Notes: generated by a model from the letters alone, not told the origin. Shown: positions 29,286 to 39,208, numbered from the stretch's first letter. The stretch: 64,000 bases of DNA from an uncultured archaeon (GCA_964486045.1 CAZALK010000006.1:160001-224000), one strand, 5' to 3'. Numbers and translations: made by a program.

Positions 29286-29756
29286 TTACTTAAAGCTTCT
29301 GTGTTCGTGTTTGAGTTCAAAATAAGTCTGGTCACTGAGGATGTCATTGTGTATTTCACCTAAATATTTGTTTTGCAAAATTTTATCAAAATATCGTAAA
29401 ATTGATTCATAAATTTCTTTAAGGAAAGTATCTGTTTGAGAAAATCCGTAAGAAATTTCCTTCATTAATTCAAAATCAAATTTGAGATCAACTTCTTTCA
29501 TCTCAAAGATTTTTTTTTTTAAACGTTTGTCATGAAAATTAGTCCATACTGATTCATAAATAAAATAATTAATAAATTAAACTGATTCTGTGATAAGTCC
29601 AAGGGAAAGGGCAGCAGCTAAGCTTCCCGTAATTATAAAAGCAACTAACATTCCGAGAGAAATTGTTATTACTCTATAAATCATGCTTTTTAAGAGACTC
29701 TCTTTTAAATTCTCTTTCCACTCTGTTGGTTTCTCTTTCCATTTAATTTTTCTCAT
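29286..29756 (-). pseudogene. DUF2061-like membrane protein gene interrupted by an in-frame TAA (29577-29579)
   Basis: Hand translation from ATG 29756: MRKIKWKEKPTEWKENLKESLLKSMIYRVITISLGMLVAFIITGSLAAALSLGLITESV*FINYFIYESVWTNFHDKRLKKKIFEMKEVDLK..., continuous in frame with the 71-aa ORF of the track. Confidence 0.7.
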
Positions 29757-30011
29757 AGATAAATCTTTCCAATAAAAGGAGTGCTATTTTGATAATAATA
29801 ATATCTATTTTAAATATAATCCTTTAGATGATAGTAAGGATAATACAAAGACTACTTTTTATGTGTTTTTAAATCCCTTCAGAAAAAACAATAGAAAAAA
29901 AGTTTTAAAATTAGTGAATTCTAAATTAGATAAAATATATACTAAATTTAACACATCAATGTTCAAGGTAATATATCCATCAAATATTGATTAAGATTAG
30001 GTAATTGAAAA

Positions 30012-30242
30012 ATGGTTAAAGTGAAGGATCTCGAAAAACTTATGGATGATTTTATGATTGAACCAGATGAAAAATTTATCGATATAAAAAGATATCTCCT
30101 AAGTGAATTTAAATGGGAAATTAATCCTCTAAAAAAATCCCAATTTATGATTAGAGGGATTCCCATAGCGGACGACAAGAAACTCGGTGATTTGTTAAAA
30201 AGTTTTTTACCAGATGAAGTAGTTGTACTTAAAGAATTTTAA
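30012..30242 (+). CDS. 76-aa ubiquitin-like (beta-grasp) protein lacking the C-terminal GG
   Basis: By-eye alignment with ubiquitin: VKDL/VKTL, IEPDE/VEPSD, DIK/NVK and FMIRGIPIADDKKLGD/LIFAGKQLEDGRTLSD. The ORF itself is solid; the fold call is inference. Confidence 0.6.
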   Translation: MVKVKDLEKLMDDFMIEPDEKFIDIKRYLLSEFKWEINPLKKSQFMIRGIPIADDKKLGDLLKSFLPDEVVVLKEF

Positions 30243-30252
30243 AGGAAATACC

Positions 30253-31089
30253 TTACTCGAAGATTATAGTCTTATTATTGCTTAAAAAAACTCTATCTTC
30301 AAAAACAAGTCTTAAAGCTTTCGAGAGAGTCGCTATTTCTACTTCCCTACCCGCTTGTTTCATATCTTTCACAGTATATTTATGATTAACACTTATTATT
30401 TCTTGAACTATTATAGGCCCTTTATCTAATTCTTCTGTAACAAAGTGTGATGTAGCTCCAATAATCTTTACACCTCGTTTGAATGCTCGCTCGTAGGGAT
30501 TTGCACCAATAAAAGCGGGTAAGAAAGAATGATGGATATTTATAATTCGGTCTTTGAATATAGATACAAAATTAGGAGTTAAAATTCTCATGTATTTTGC
30601 GAGGATCAAATAATCAGTCTCATATTTACTTAGGATTTCTAAAATAAATTCCTCATGTTCTTCTCTGGTCTTATCTTGGTGGCTCTCATAATGAAAGGGG
30701 ATTTTAAATTTTTTAACAAGTGTTTCCAAATCGGGGTAATTGCTGATAACAGCAAGAATTTCAGCGTTTATTTCATTATACTCATTCTTAATTAACAAAT
30801 CTCCCAGGCAATGATGTTCTTTACTAACTAGTATTACTATCTTCTTTTTCCTAATTTTAATAAGCTTGAAAGTTGCATCTCTTGGTAATGTCTCCTTTAA
30901 ATTCGTAAGAATGGATTTCTTATTGACTTCTCCCGGAAATTCTGAACGCATGAAAAAATGATTGTCTTCTTCTTCAACAAATTCACTATTACTAATAATA
31001 TTTAAACCTTCATTGTACAAAACTCCGGTTATTTTATGAATAATACCTATTTCATCCGTGCAATCTACTAAAAGAATATAGTTTTCCAT
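30253..31089 (-). CDS. purU: Formyltetrahydrofolate deformylase
   Basis: N-terminal ACT domain (C.D..GI), FFMR, SKEHHCLGDLL, LAKYMRIL, INIHHSFLPAFIGANPY.RAF.RGVKIIGATSHFVT.ELD.GPII.Q. Start taken at ATG 31089. Confidence 0.95.
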   Translation of the reverse strand: MENYILLVDCTDEIGIIHKITGVLYNEGLNIISNSEFVEEEDNHFFMRSEFPGEVNKKSILTNLKETLPRDATFKLIKIRKKKIVILVSKEHHCLGDLLIKNEYNEINAEILAVISNYPDLETLVKKFKIPFHYESHQDKTREEHEEFILEILSKYETDYLILAKYMRILTPNFVSIFKDRIINIHHSFLPAFIGANPYERAFKRGVKIIGATSHFVTEELDKGPIIVQEIISVNHKYTVKDMKQAGREVEIATLSKALRLVFEDRVFLSNNKTIIFE

Positions 31090-31282
31090 GAACATATCAT
31101 TCAAATTTATGTTCTAAGATAAAGTGTTGGATTTTTCTTTTAATTTAACGAGATAATATAACTCATTTATTAGATTTGCTCCTTTCTCTCTTTTAATTTA
31201 TATGCATTTATCTAAAAAATCTTAAATCTTTTTGATTATACTATACATTAATTTATTAATATTAGTAATGTGATTAACGTAA

Positions 31283-32107
31283 ATGAGTAAAGGTTTTAGA
31301 CTCCTCCGAGTTGAATATGTTTTTTCTGTATTAATACCATGTTTACTGTCTATTTTTTTAAATAATTACGATTTGATGTCTAATGTTTGGATTTTAGCAG
31401 GTTTTGTGTTTTATGCTATAACCGGTAATACACTTAATGATGTAATAGATATGAAAGATCCGGGTGAGAAAGAAACTCTTGAAAGAGTTGAAGGATTTTC
31501 TCGTAAGGAAATATTAGTGATCTCAATTGGGAGCTTTGTCTTAGGAACTACCTGTTTTATGAATGAGATATTAATAAATCCATTAGGTTTAGTATTGGGT
31601 ATTTATCTAATAATTATCGTTTTTATGGTTATTTTTTACTGCTTATTCAAATCTCTAGTAGTTATAAACCATATAATATTAGGTACTTCACACATAGTTT
31701 TACCATGGTTTATGATAAAGATAAATGCTGGAGATAGTTTCATGGGTTTTTTACCAAGTCTCACCTTGGACGAATCGTTAATCTTAGGCACAATTGTTTC
31801 TGTAGCTTTTACAGGACAAATGGTTCATGAAATGATTGACGGAGATTCTCTGTCTAAATTAAAACCGAGAAGGTCTCAATTAGTAATATGGTGTGCCTCT
31901 ATTGTATCATTAATCATTGCAATAGTTTCTTTTTTTATAACTCGAGATTTAGTGTTTCTCCCAATTTTATTCTTTCCAATTGGAATATTGTACATATTTA
32001 GGAAACCGAGATATAATCTATTAGGGAGATCTTCGTTAAAGGATACAGGGATAATATTAGGCAATTTAATGCTTGTGTACATAATAATTTTGATTGTAGC
32101 CCCCTAA
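31283..32107 (+). CDS. UbiA prenyltransferase family membrane protein
   Basis: GNTLNDVIDMKD Asp-rich motif, a second acidic motif HEMIDGD, and about 9 TM segments. Confidence 0.72.
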   Translation: MSKGFRLLRVEYVFSVLIPCLLSIFLNNYDLMSNVWILAGFVFYAITGNTLNDVIDMKDPGEKETLERVEGFSRKEILVISIGSFVLGTTCFMNEILINPLGLVLGIYLIIIVFMVIFYCLFKSLVVINHIILGTSHIVLPWFMIKINAGDSFMGFLPSLTLDESLILGTIVSVAFTGQMVHEMIDGDSLSKLKPRRSQLVIWCASIVSLIIAIVSFFITRDLVFLPILFFPIGILYIFRKPRYNLLGRSSLKDTGIILGNLMLVYIIILIVAP

Positions 32108-32319
32108 AAATTTATCAAAAAAAAATTTATGAAAGGAGTGAAGTAGTCTTTTTTTTTTACTAATCTGATATACACTTGGTTTTTAAATATTATTTGAGAA
32201 TAAGACATACTCACCAAGACATAAAAATTAACAATTTGTATTATTTACGTTTCAATTTTTTATGATTGTGATAATTCAATTTAGAACGTTTCTTGAAATG
32301 AGTAATTAAATTAAGAAGT

Positions 32320-33573
32320 TTGGAGGAAAAAACAATTTTAATCTCACAAAACCAAAATAAAATAAGATATATTCAACAAAATGATGAATTCGATTATTTA
32401 AGGAATTTAATTAAATCAGTTGAAAAAGGAACTTGTATGGGTGTTTTATTACATGGTCCTCCAGGGACAGGAAAAACGTTATTAGCAATCACGTTATCAA
32501 ATTCTTTTAACGCTCATTATTATATTATAGATGGCTCCCCTGATCTTGATCGACGAGATATCGAAGGTTATTGGGAATTATTTAAAGGGGAAACAAGATT
32601 TAATTGTGGACCCTTGACAAGAGCTATTGAAGATGCTAATAAGAATGGAATTGCGTTTATAATTATTAATGAAGTTAATGCTATTAGGGAAAGTGAACAA
32701 ATTTCATTAAATTCATTGTTATCCGAGAACCACATTAATTTAATATCAAAGGGGTTTGAAAGGTATGAATTGAATCCAAAAAGTAAACTTATAATAATTG
32801 GTACACTAAATAAGGGAGTAATTGGAATTAATAAACTTCAAGAAGCTTTTGAAGATCGCTTTATTGCAAGTCCTGAGATAGATTATCCGGTGAAACAAAA
32901 AGAAATTGAAATTGCTACTAAAATGTCGGGGTGTAATAGAAATTTAGCCGAAATCGTCGTAGACGCAGCTAGGCAAATAAGAAAGCAAGCTATTAAAGAT
33001 TTTTCAATTACAAAAATTTTTTCAACTCGTTTAATTGTAAATTTTTGTTTAGTCGTTTCCAGCATGGCTCCCAAGTTTCTAAGACATAATATCGAAAACA
33101 TTATTATCAATAAATTAGGGGAAAATCAAGAAGAGAAAAAGAGTATAGCGATGATATTAGATGGAAAAATGTTTGAGAGTAAATTAAGAGGATTAATTAA
33201 CCCTAAAGATAATTCTAAGGTTGTTCAAGAGGAAGAAATAGAATTAAGTGAAGCAGAAGAACAAAAAATTGTAATAATTATGAGGAAACATGTTAGCAAA
33301 TATATCCAATTTTACAGTAAAGATAATGCTTTAAATAAAAAAGGGGAGATAATGTGGAAGTTTATTGAGTGGTTTTGGTGCTACAATAGAAAGATCTTAA
33401 GGGAGTATTTTCATTTAACAAAAAAGCTAAATTTACATGATGTATATAGAAAAGAAACAGGAAAAAGTTATCTCTATCATGGAGAAATTACTCTCAGTTA
33501 TATAAAGTGGTTATACCGTCATGAAAAGCAGGAATTATTGAACTTTATGAAAAATACATATCCAATTTTTTAA
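32320..33573 (+). CDS. MoxR/CbbQ-type AAA+ ATPase with C-terminal extension
   Basis: Walker A GPPGTGKT, GPLTRA, Walker B variant IIINEVN, IGTLN, L.EAFEDRF, IDYP and FSTR. Confidence 0.9.
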   Translation: MEEKTILISQNQNKIRYIQQNDEFDYLRNLIKSVEKGTCMGVLLHGPPGTGKTLLAITLSNSFNAHYYIIDGSPDLDRRDIEGYWELFKGETRFNCGPLTRAIEDANKNGIAFIIINEVNAIRESEQISLNSLLSENHINLISKGFERYELNPKSKLIIIGTLNKGVIGINKLQEAFEDRFIASPEIDYPVKQKEIEIATKMSGCNRNLAEIVVDAARQIRKQAIKDFSITKIFSTRLIVNFCLVVSSMAPKFLRHNIENIIINKLGENQEEKKSIAMILDGKMFESKLRGLINPKDNSKVVQEEEIELSEAEEQKIVIIMRKHVSKYIQFYSKDNALNKKGEIMWKFIEWFWCYNRKILREYFHLTKKLNLHDVYRKETGKSYLYHGEITLSYIKWLYRHEKQELLNFMKNTYPIF

Positions 33574-33600
33574 TATATATTATTAACATTATCAAATTTA

Positions 33601-35772
33601 GTGGTGAGTGTTTTCACAGAATTATATGAACTTTTTGAGAAAGATTTTCTTACAGATTTACTTGCCTTAACAAATACTGCTAAAAGGATCAGTGGTAACA
33701 ATGATATTTTAATAAATTTCAACCAACGTTCACACATAGCTTTTACCGATGGTCGTTTTATCTACTTACCAAGCGATATTAAAAGTGACATAAAGTCATC
33801 GCAGGGTTTGGTTGCTCATGAAAGCGGTCATATAGGTTATGGATCATATGAATTATCTTTTATTAAACTGGCTAAAATAATTTCCACTAAGTATTCCTTC
33901 CCTGAATATATTGTGAAAAAAATTATTAATGTTGTAGAAGATGTAAGAATTAATGTATTAAATGACATAAAATTTCCAGGTTTCTATAAAAATTTAAGGA
34001 CACTTACTAAAAAGTTGTTACCTGAATTAAAATTAAGAATGAAAAAATCAGGTGATATTTTAGTTTATTTAAATTTGTATATGGAAGATTATAAAGATTT
34101 TCAGAAAAAGCCAAAATTTAGAACACGGCTAATGTCTGATGAAGATTGGAAAGCAATTTTGGTTGCAAAAACGTTTTTATTGAAGACTTTAACACCAGCT
34201 TCTTCAATTATTACAATCGATCAATTATCTAAGGTTTTAAAAAAATATTATATCAAAAGGACGATTGTTAAAAACCCACCTCCATTCACAAGATCAGTAT
34301 CATCTCAAGGTAGGGATGAAGAATATTTCTTTGGTGATGATGAATTCGATATTGTGGAAAATAAAAGTGATGCTGAAGAATTCACATCAAGTGTTAAAAT
34401 TGAAAGTAATTTTAATGTAGATGGTGATTCAGATTTAATGGAAGATCCATGTTATTATGATGAAATTGATAATAATTCGTATCCAGATTATAATCCCTCA
34501 GGAGATGAACCCTTACTAAATCATTATGAAGATTTTACAGACAAATGGAAAAAATCAAAAGATACAGAGCTAGATCTTACCAGTGAGAAAATTATTGATA
34601 AAATAAAAGATGCGGATTTATCTACTAATGATATAGAAAGATTAATAGAAGAAATAGACTCAATTAAAGACACAATAAATGAAATATCCGATTTTGATAT
34701 CAATAATGACTCTGATACTATAAAGATTAACGATAGTGAAAAAATTGATCAAAAATTAGATTCAGAGAGCGAATGTGCTAAAAATTATGAATATGATAAA
34801 ATAAAGGAATTAGGAAAGATATTAACTAGTGTTATTGATAAAGAAAGGGTAAGTACAGAAGATGTTGAAAAAGGAAATTATCTTGAAGAATTTATAAAAA
34901 TTGTTACTGATGCCCAAAATGCGATGGGAGAAAGACTCTTAACAATTGATGAAGGGATAAGCTTTATCAAATTATCTGAAGGAAAGGGAAAAAGAAAAGT
35001 AGTTGAAGCGAGGATCGAAAATGAAACTATGAAATCTATTGAGCTTTCTTATAACCAAATTATTAACGAATTTAAAAATTTAATTGCCAAGATAAAATTT
35101 ATTTTTAGAGATTTTAAGAATCAGATTGATATAGATAGCTTCCAAAAAAGGGGAAGATTAAACAGCAAATTCATTAAAGCAGTTACCAGTGATTATAAAT
35201 ATAAAAAATGTTTTTCAAGAAAGAAAAAACAAAAGGAGCTTAAAATTCTTTTATTAGTTGATATCAGTGGGAGCATGAAAGGTATCAAATTAGAATGTGC
35301 TAAAATCGCTATGATAATGCTATGTGAAGCTCTTTATGAGATTGCTCAATTACGTATTGTGCTTTTTACTGGAGATTATGATGCGATAAATATATTATTA
35401 AAAGATTTTAATGATAAACCAGATCCAAAGAAATTTGATAAATTTGGATGTCATGGAAGCGTTTGTAGTAATTTAGATGGAATTTCGTTAAAGCATGAAG
35501 CTGCAAAATTGGAAAAAAACGTGTTAATCATTGTCATATCGGATGGCCAACCAGCAGGATCCGGAAATTATGGATTGAATGATGCCATAAAAGAAATTCA
35601 TAATGTAAATAAAATTTTTAAAGTTTTTGCATTTTCTATTGATGCCAAAGGGGATTATTTAGATAAATTATATGATAAAAATTGGATTTTAACTCACTCA
35701 TCTGATAAAATAGACTTGGGGGAGAAATTAATCAAATTTTGTAGACTAGTTGTTAAAGAGTTTTTTAGATAG
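33601..35772 (+). CDS. VWA-domain protein with N-terminal HExxH (CobT/NorD-like) domain and acidic linker
   Basis: AFTDG..IYLP, AHESGHI, NVVEDVRI, a D/E-rich linker, GRLN, MIDAS DISGSM and ISDGQP. Confidence 0.88.
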   Translation: MVSVFTELYELFEKDFLTDLLALTNTAKRISGNNDILINFNQRSHIAFTDGRFIYLPSDIKSDIKSSQGLVAHESGHIGYGSYELSFIKLAKIISTKYSFPEYIVKKIINVVEDVRINVLNDIKFPGFYKNLRTLTKKLLPELKLRMKKSGDILVYLNLYMEDYKDFQKKPKFRTRLMSDEDWKAILVAKTFLLKTLTPASSIITIDQLSKVLKKYYIKRTIVKNPPPFTRSVSSQGRDEEYFFGDDEFDIVENKSDAEEFTSSVKIESNFNVDGDSDLMEDPCYYDEIDNNSYPDYNPSGDEPLLNHYEDFTDKWKKSKDTELDLTSEKIIDKIKDADLSTNDIERLIEEIDSIKDTINEISDFDINNDSDTIKINDSEKIDQKLDSESECAKNYEYDKIKELGKILTSVIDKERVSTEDVEKGNYLEEFIKIVTDAQNAMGERLLTIDEGISFIKLSEGKGKRKVVEARIENETMKSIELSYNQIINEFKNLIAKIKFIFRDFKNQIDIDSFQKRGRLNSKFIKAVTSDYKYKKCFSRKKKQKELKILLLVDISGSMKGIKLECAKIAMIMLCEALYEIAQLRIVLFTGDYDAINILLKDFNDKPDPKKFDKFGCHGSVCSNLDGISLKHEAAKLEKNVLIIVISDGQPAGSGNYGLNDAIKEIHNVNKIFKVFAFSIDAKGDYLDKLYDKNWILTHSSDKIDLGEKLIKFCRLVVKEFFR

Positions 35773-35793
35773 TTTTACTTAATTTAAAACAAG

Positions 35794-36363
35794 ATGGTTA
35801 ACAACATTCTCATATTCTTAAGGCACGCTGAAACTAAAGTCGTTAAAAGAGTTAAAAATTCAGAATGGCCTCTAACTAATAAAGGAGAATTGGATGCTCT
35901 CGATATTGCAAAATCTAAATTTTTTGATGATATTGATATTATCATTGCATCAGCTGAAGAAAAGGCTTATGAAACCATATTACCCTTAGCAGAGAAACTT
36001 AAAAAGAAAATTTTGAGAGAAGCAGACTTAAATGAAATAATGAGAGATCATGGGAAATTTCTTGGGACTAAAGAATACCTCTCCACAATGAAACTATGTA
36101 TGATAAATAAAGACCAATCATTTAACAATTGGGAAACCGCAAATAAAGCTTTAATGAGGTTTTCTAAAAAAATTGAAGAGATAGATTACAAATTTGATGA
36201 AAAAAAGATATTAATTGTTTCACATGGAACCGTAATCAATTTATATTTCGCTAGCTTTCTTGGGAAATTGGATTCTGTATTTATTAGAGCTCAGACAAAT
36301 ACTTTTTGTGATTATGGTATAATTCAGAATAAAAAAGTAATAAAGGATATTGCAAAACTTTAA
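35794..36363 (+). CDS. Histidine phosphatase (phosphoglycerate mutase-like) family
   Basis: FLRHAET, PLT..G, S....A.ET, LNE and IVSHG. Confidence 0.88.
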   Translation: MVNNILIFLRHAETKVVKRVKNSEWPLTNKGELDALDIAKSKFFDDIDIIIASAEEKAYETILPLAEKLKKKILREADLNEIMRDHGKFLGTKEYLSTMKLCMINKDQSFNNWETANKALMRFSKKIEEIDYKFDEKKILIVSHGTVINLYFASFLGKLDSVFIRAQTNTFCDYGIIQNKKVIKDIAKL

Positions 36364-36374
36364 AATTGATATTA

Positions 36375-37418
36375 ATGGATTCAGTATTCATAAAGAAATC
36401 TAAATACCAAAAAATAATTGATAACAAGTACTCTCAATGTTTAACATGTGAAAGAAAATGCAAAATTCCAAAAGGAAAATCTGGATTTTGCCAAACTCGA
36501 ATTAATAAAGATGGAGAGATATACACAATCGTTTACGGATTATTTCCTGCTCTATCATTTAATCCAATTGAAAAAAAGCCACTTTATCATTTCTACCCAG
36601 GAAGTAAAGCATTAACTATAGGCACTTATGGGTGTAACTTTTCATGCTTTTGGTGCCAAAATCATCACATTTCAAAACAAAATCCTCTAAAATTAGAGCA
36701 TTTGGGAATATCTCAAGACTATATATCCCCCGAAAAATTTATAGATATTGCTTTAAAGAATAATTGCAAAGGAACTTCAATATCCTTTAATGAACCTACA
36801 TTATTGTTTGAATATTCGATAGAGGCCTTTAACCTTGCGAAACAGAATGGTTTATATAATACATACGTTACAAATGGTTATATGACTACAGATGTTTTAA
36901 ATGATTTAGTGGATGCGGGGCTTGATGCTATGAATATTGATATTAAAGGAGATTCAGAAATGGTTCAGAAATATTGTGGTGTTGATGTGGAAATAGTATG
37001 GAGAAATGCTAAATTAGCAAAGGAATTGGGTGTTCATATTGAAATTACAACATTATTAATACAAGAATTAAATTCTAAGAATGAAATTATCAGGAAAATT
37101 GCTGAAAGGATTTTTAATGAACTAGGTGATTCAATCCCTTATCATATAAGTAGATTCTTCCCGCATTATGAATCATATAATCACAGACTCAATGAACCTA
37201 CACCACTAAAATGCTTATATGATGCATATGATGAAGCAAGAGATGTCGGATTACAATATGTATACCTAGGAAATTTACCTAATAATGATTTTAATCATAC
37301 AAATTGTCCAAAATGTTTTAAATTAGTTATTAAAAGAAAATTGTTAGGTATCCAAGAGTTGAATTTAGATAGTAATGGAAATTGTAAATTTTGTGGGTTT
37401 CCAATTTGTGTTATTTAA
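36375..37418 (+). CDS. amrS: AmmeMemoRadiSam system radical SAM enzyme
   Basis: C..C...C......G.C..R, PIEKKPLYHFYPG, GCNFSCFWCQNHHIS, FNEP, HISRFFP, YVYLGN and terminal CPKC/CKFC. Confidence 0.92.
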   Translation: MDSVFIKKSKYQKIIDNKYSQCLTCERKCKIPKGKSGFCQTRINKDGEIYTIVYGLFPALSFNPIEKKPLYHFYPGSKALTIGTYGCNFSCFWCQNHHISKQNPLKLEHLGISQDYISPEKFIDIALKNNCKGTSISFNEPTLLFEYSIEAFNLAKQNGLYNTYVTNGYMTTDVLNDLVDAGLDAMNIDIKGDSEMVQKYCGVDVEIVWRNAKLAKELGVHIEITTLLIQELNSKNEIIRKIAERIFNELGDSIPYHISRFFPHYESYNHRLNEPTPLKCLYDAYDEARDVGLQYVYLGNLPNNDFNHTNCPKCFKLVIKRKLLGIQELNLDSNGNCKFCGFPICVI

Positions 37419-37532
37419 AAGTCTTTTTGATTTTTTTTTTACTAATTCAATTATGACGTAGTTTTTAAATAGCTTTTTAGAACTCTTAAAAGAAAAGCAA
37501 AAATCAAAATTCATTTTTTAAAGGTTTAAGAA

Positions 37533-38150
37533 ATGGCAAAAAAATCATCGACTTATAAGTCAGCCCCATCAAAATCTGCTCCTAAGAAGCAACAAACTCA
37601 GGCTGCTATGAAATCCAACACTTACTTAAAAGTAATTAATAAGTCTAATTACCAACAGAAAGTTCTAAATATGATTGGATTTGAACGGTACTCAAGGATC
37701 TTCAAAAAGCAAAATATCTTAAACCCATTTAAAACTGAAGGTCTTAAACGGGATTCACTTCCAGAATTAAAGCTAGATTTTAAGAAATATGTTTCAAAAA
37801 AAATAACTGAAAGTATACAAAATAAAGATTATGAATCAACCGATCTTAAATCTTTAAAAAAATTACCAAATTTCAGAAAGTGGACTGTAAAATTAATCTA
37901 TGAATTAAAGAAGGAACTTGAAAGAAGCAAAATCCATAAGATTGATAAAGATAAATTTGACATTAAAAACCTTTTAAATAACTACTATGGTAGAATAATT
38001 GTAAAAGAAATTGTGGGAGATATATCAGAAAACAAAAGAAAAATGGAAGATCAAGAATTTATAATCTCAGAAAATGACCTTTTTAAGATAAATGAGAGTT
38101 TTAAATTTCTTAAACTCAAAAAACCCAAAATTGCCAAAAGAATAGCTTAA
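37533..38150 (+). CDS. Basic Lys-rich hypothetical protein
   Basis: 205-aa ORF with a low-complexity K/S/A/P N-terminal tail; no recognisable catalytic motif. Confidence 0.65.
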   Translation: MAKKSSTYKSAPSKSAPKKQQTQAAMKSNTYLKVINKSNYQQKVLNMIGFERYSRIFKKQNILNPFKTEGLKRDSLPELKLDFKKYVSKKITESIQNKDYESTDLKSLKKLPNFRKWTVKLIYELKKELERSKIHKIDKDKFDIKNLLNNYYGRIIVKEIVGDISENKRKMEDQEFIISENDLFKINESFKFLKLKKPKIAKRIA

Positions 38151-38258
38151 TGTGTAATTAATTTGACCCTATAAGACCAGAAATTCTTTTAATGAATCAC
38201 TTGAAGTAAATTAAATTATTATAGATTTCCTTAAAAGCTAAGAAATGTAATAATTAGT

Positions 38259-39095
38259 ATGGTAGAAGCATTTGCCGAAGTTAATGATATAAAAATTTGT
38301 TATAAAAGCCAAGGAGAAGGATTTCCAACATTTCTTCTTCATGGTTTTGATTCTAAGAAGGAAGGCTTTATGGCTCAAATCCCTGAATTATCTAAATATT
38401 ATAGGATTATCAGTATTGACATGCGTGGGGCAGGAAAAAGTTCAAGACCTAACTACCATTACACTATGGAAATGTTTGCAGATGATGTTAAGGGATTGAT
38501 GGATTACTTGTCAATACAGAAAATAAATTTAATAGCACACTCATTTGGAGGAATATTTGCCCAGAATTTTGTAGTGAAGTATCCTGAGAGCGTAAATAAA
38601 CTTGTTCTCATAAATTCGTTGCCAAAAATTCCTGAGGAGTATGACCCTGAGCCGTATATTCAGATGAGAATTAAGGGATTGGAACTCAGGAAAAAAGATC
38701 CCGTTAAGGCATTTTGGGATTGCACACAGTTTGGATTTTATCCTAATTTTCGGAAAAGAATGCTAGATAATCCCAAGGAAAAGTTTCATGGATTATGGTC
38801 TGCAGAAGACCTTATCGACTATTATACTACGGACCCTCCTACTCCGCAGGATATTCGAAATATTTCTTACTCTTTTAAAGACCATAACGTTATTAATAAT
38901 TTGCAAAAAATAACACAGAAGACTTTGTTACTTACAGCTTCTCATGATGTGCTTGTTCCTAAAGAACGGATGATGGAGATTCACAATTTGATGCCAAATA
39001 GTACCTTAAAAGTAATAGAAAAAGCAGGACACGAATCCCACAAATCTAATGCACCAGAAGTAAACAAAACGATTATAGAATTTTTGAGTAACTAA
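38259..39095 (+). CDS. Alpha/beta hydrolase
   Basis: LLHGF, DMRGAGKS, nucleophile elbow AHSFGG, D.LVP and AGH. Confidence 0.93.
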   Translation: MVEAFAEVNDIKICYKSQGEGFPTFLLHGFDSKKEGFMAQIPELSKYYRIISIDMRGAGKSSRPNYHYTMEMFADDVKGLMDYLSIQKINLIAHSFGGIFAQNFVVKYPESVNKLVLINSLPKIPEEYDPEPYIQMRIKGLELRKKDPVKAFWDCTQFGFYPNFRKRMLDNPKEKFHGLWSAEDLIDYYTTDPPTPQDIRNISYSFKDHNVINNLQKITQKTLLLTASHDVLVPKERMMEIHNLMPNSTLKVIEKAGHESHKSNAPEVNKTIIEFLSN

Positions 39096-39208
39096 TTTTC
39101 TCATATTTAATTAGAAATTTTAAAAGGGATTCTATATTTTCGAATCTAATTACAAATATTACTTTTTTTGAATTTAATATCGATTAACCATTACATCGAA
39201 ACAAAATT

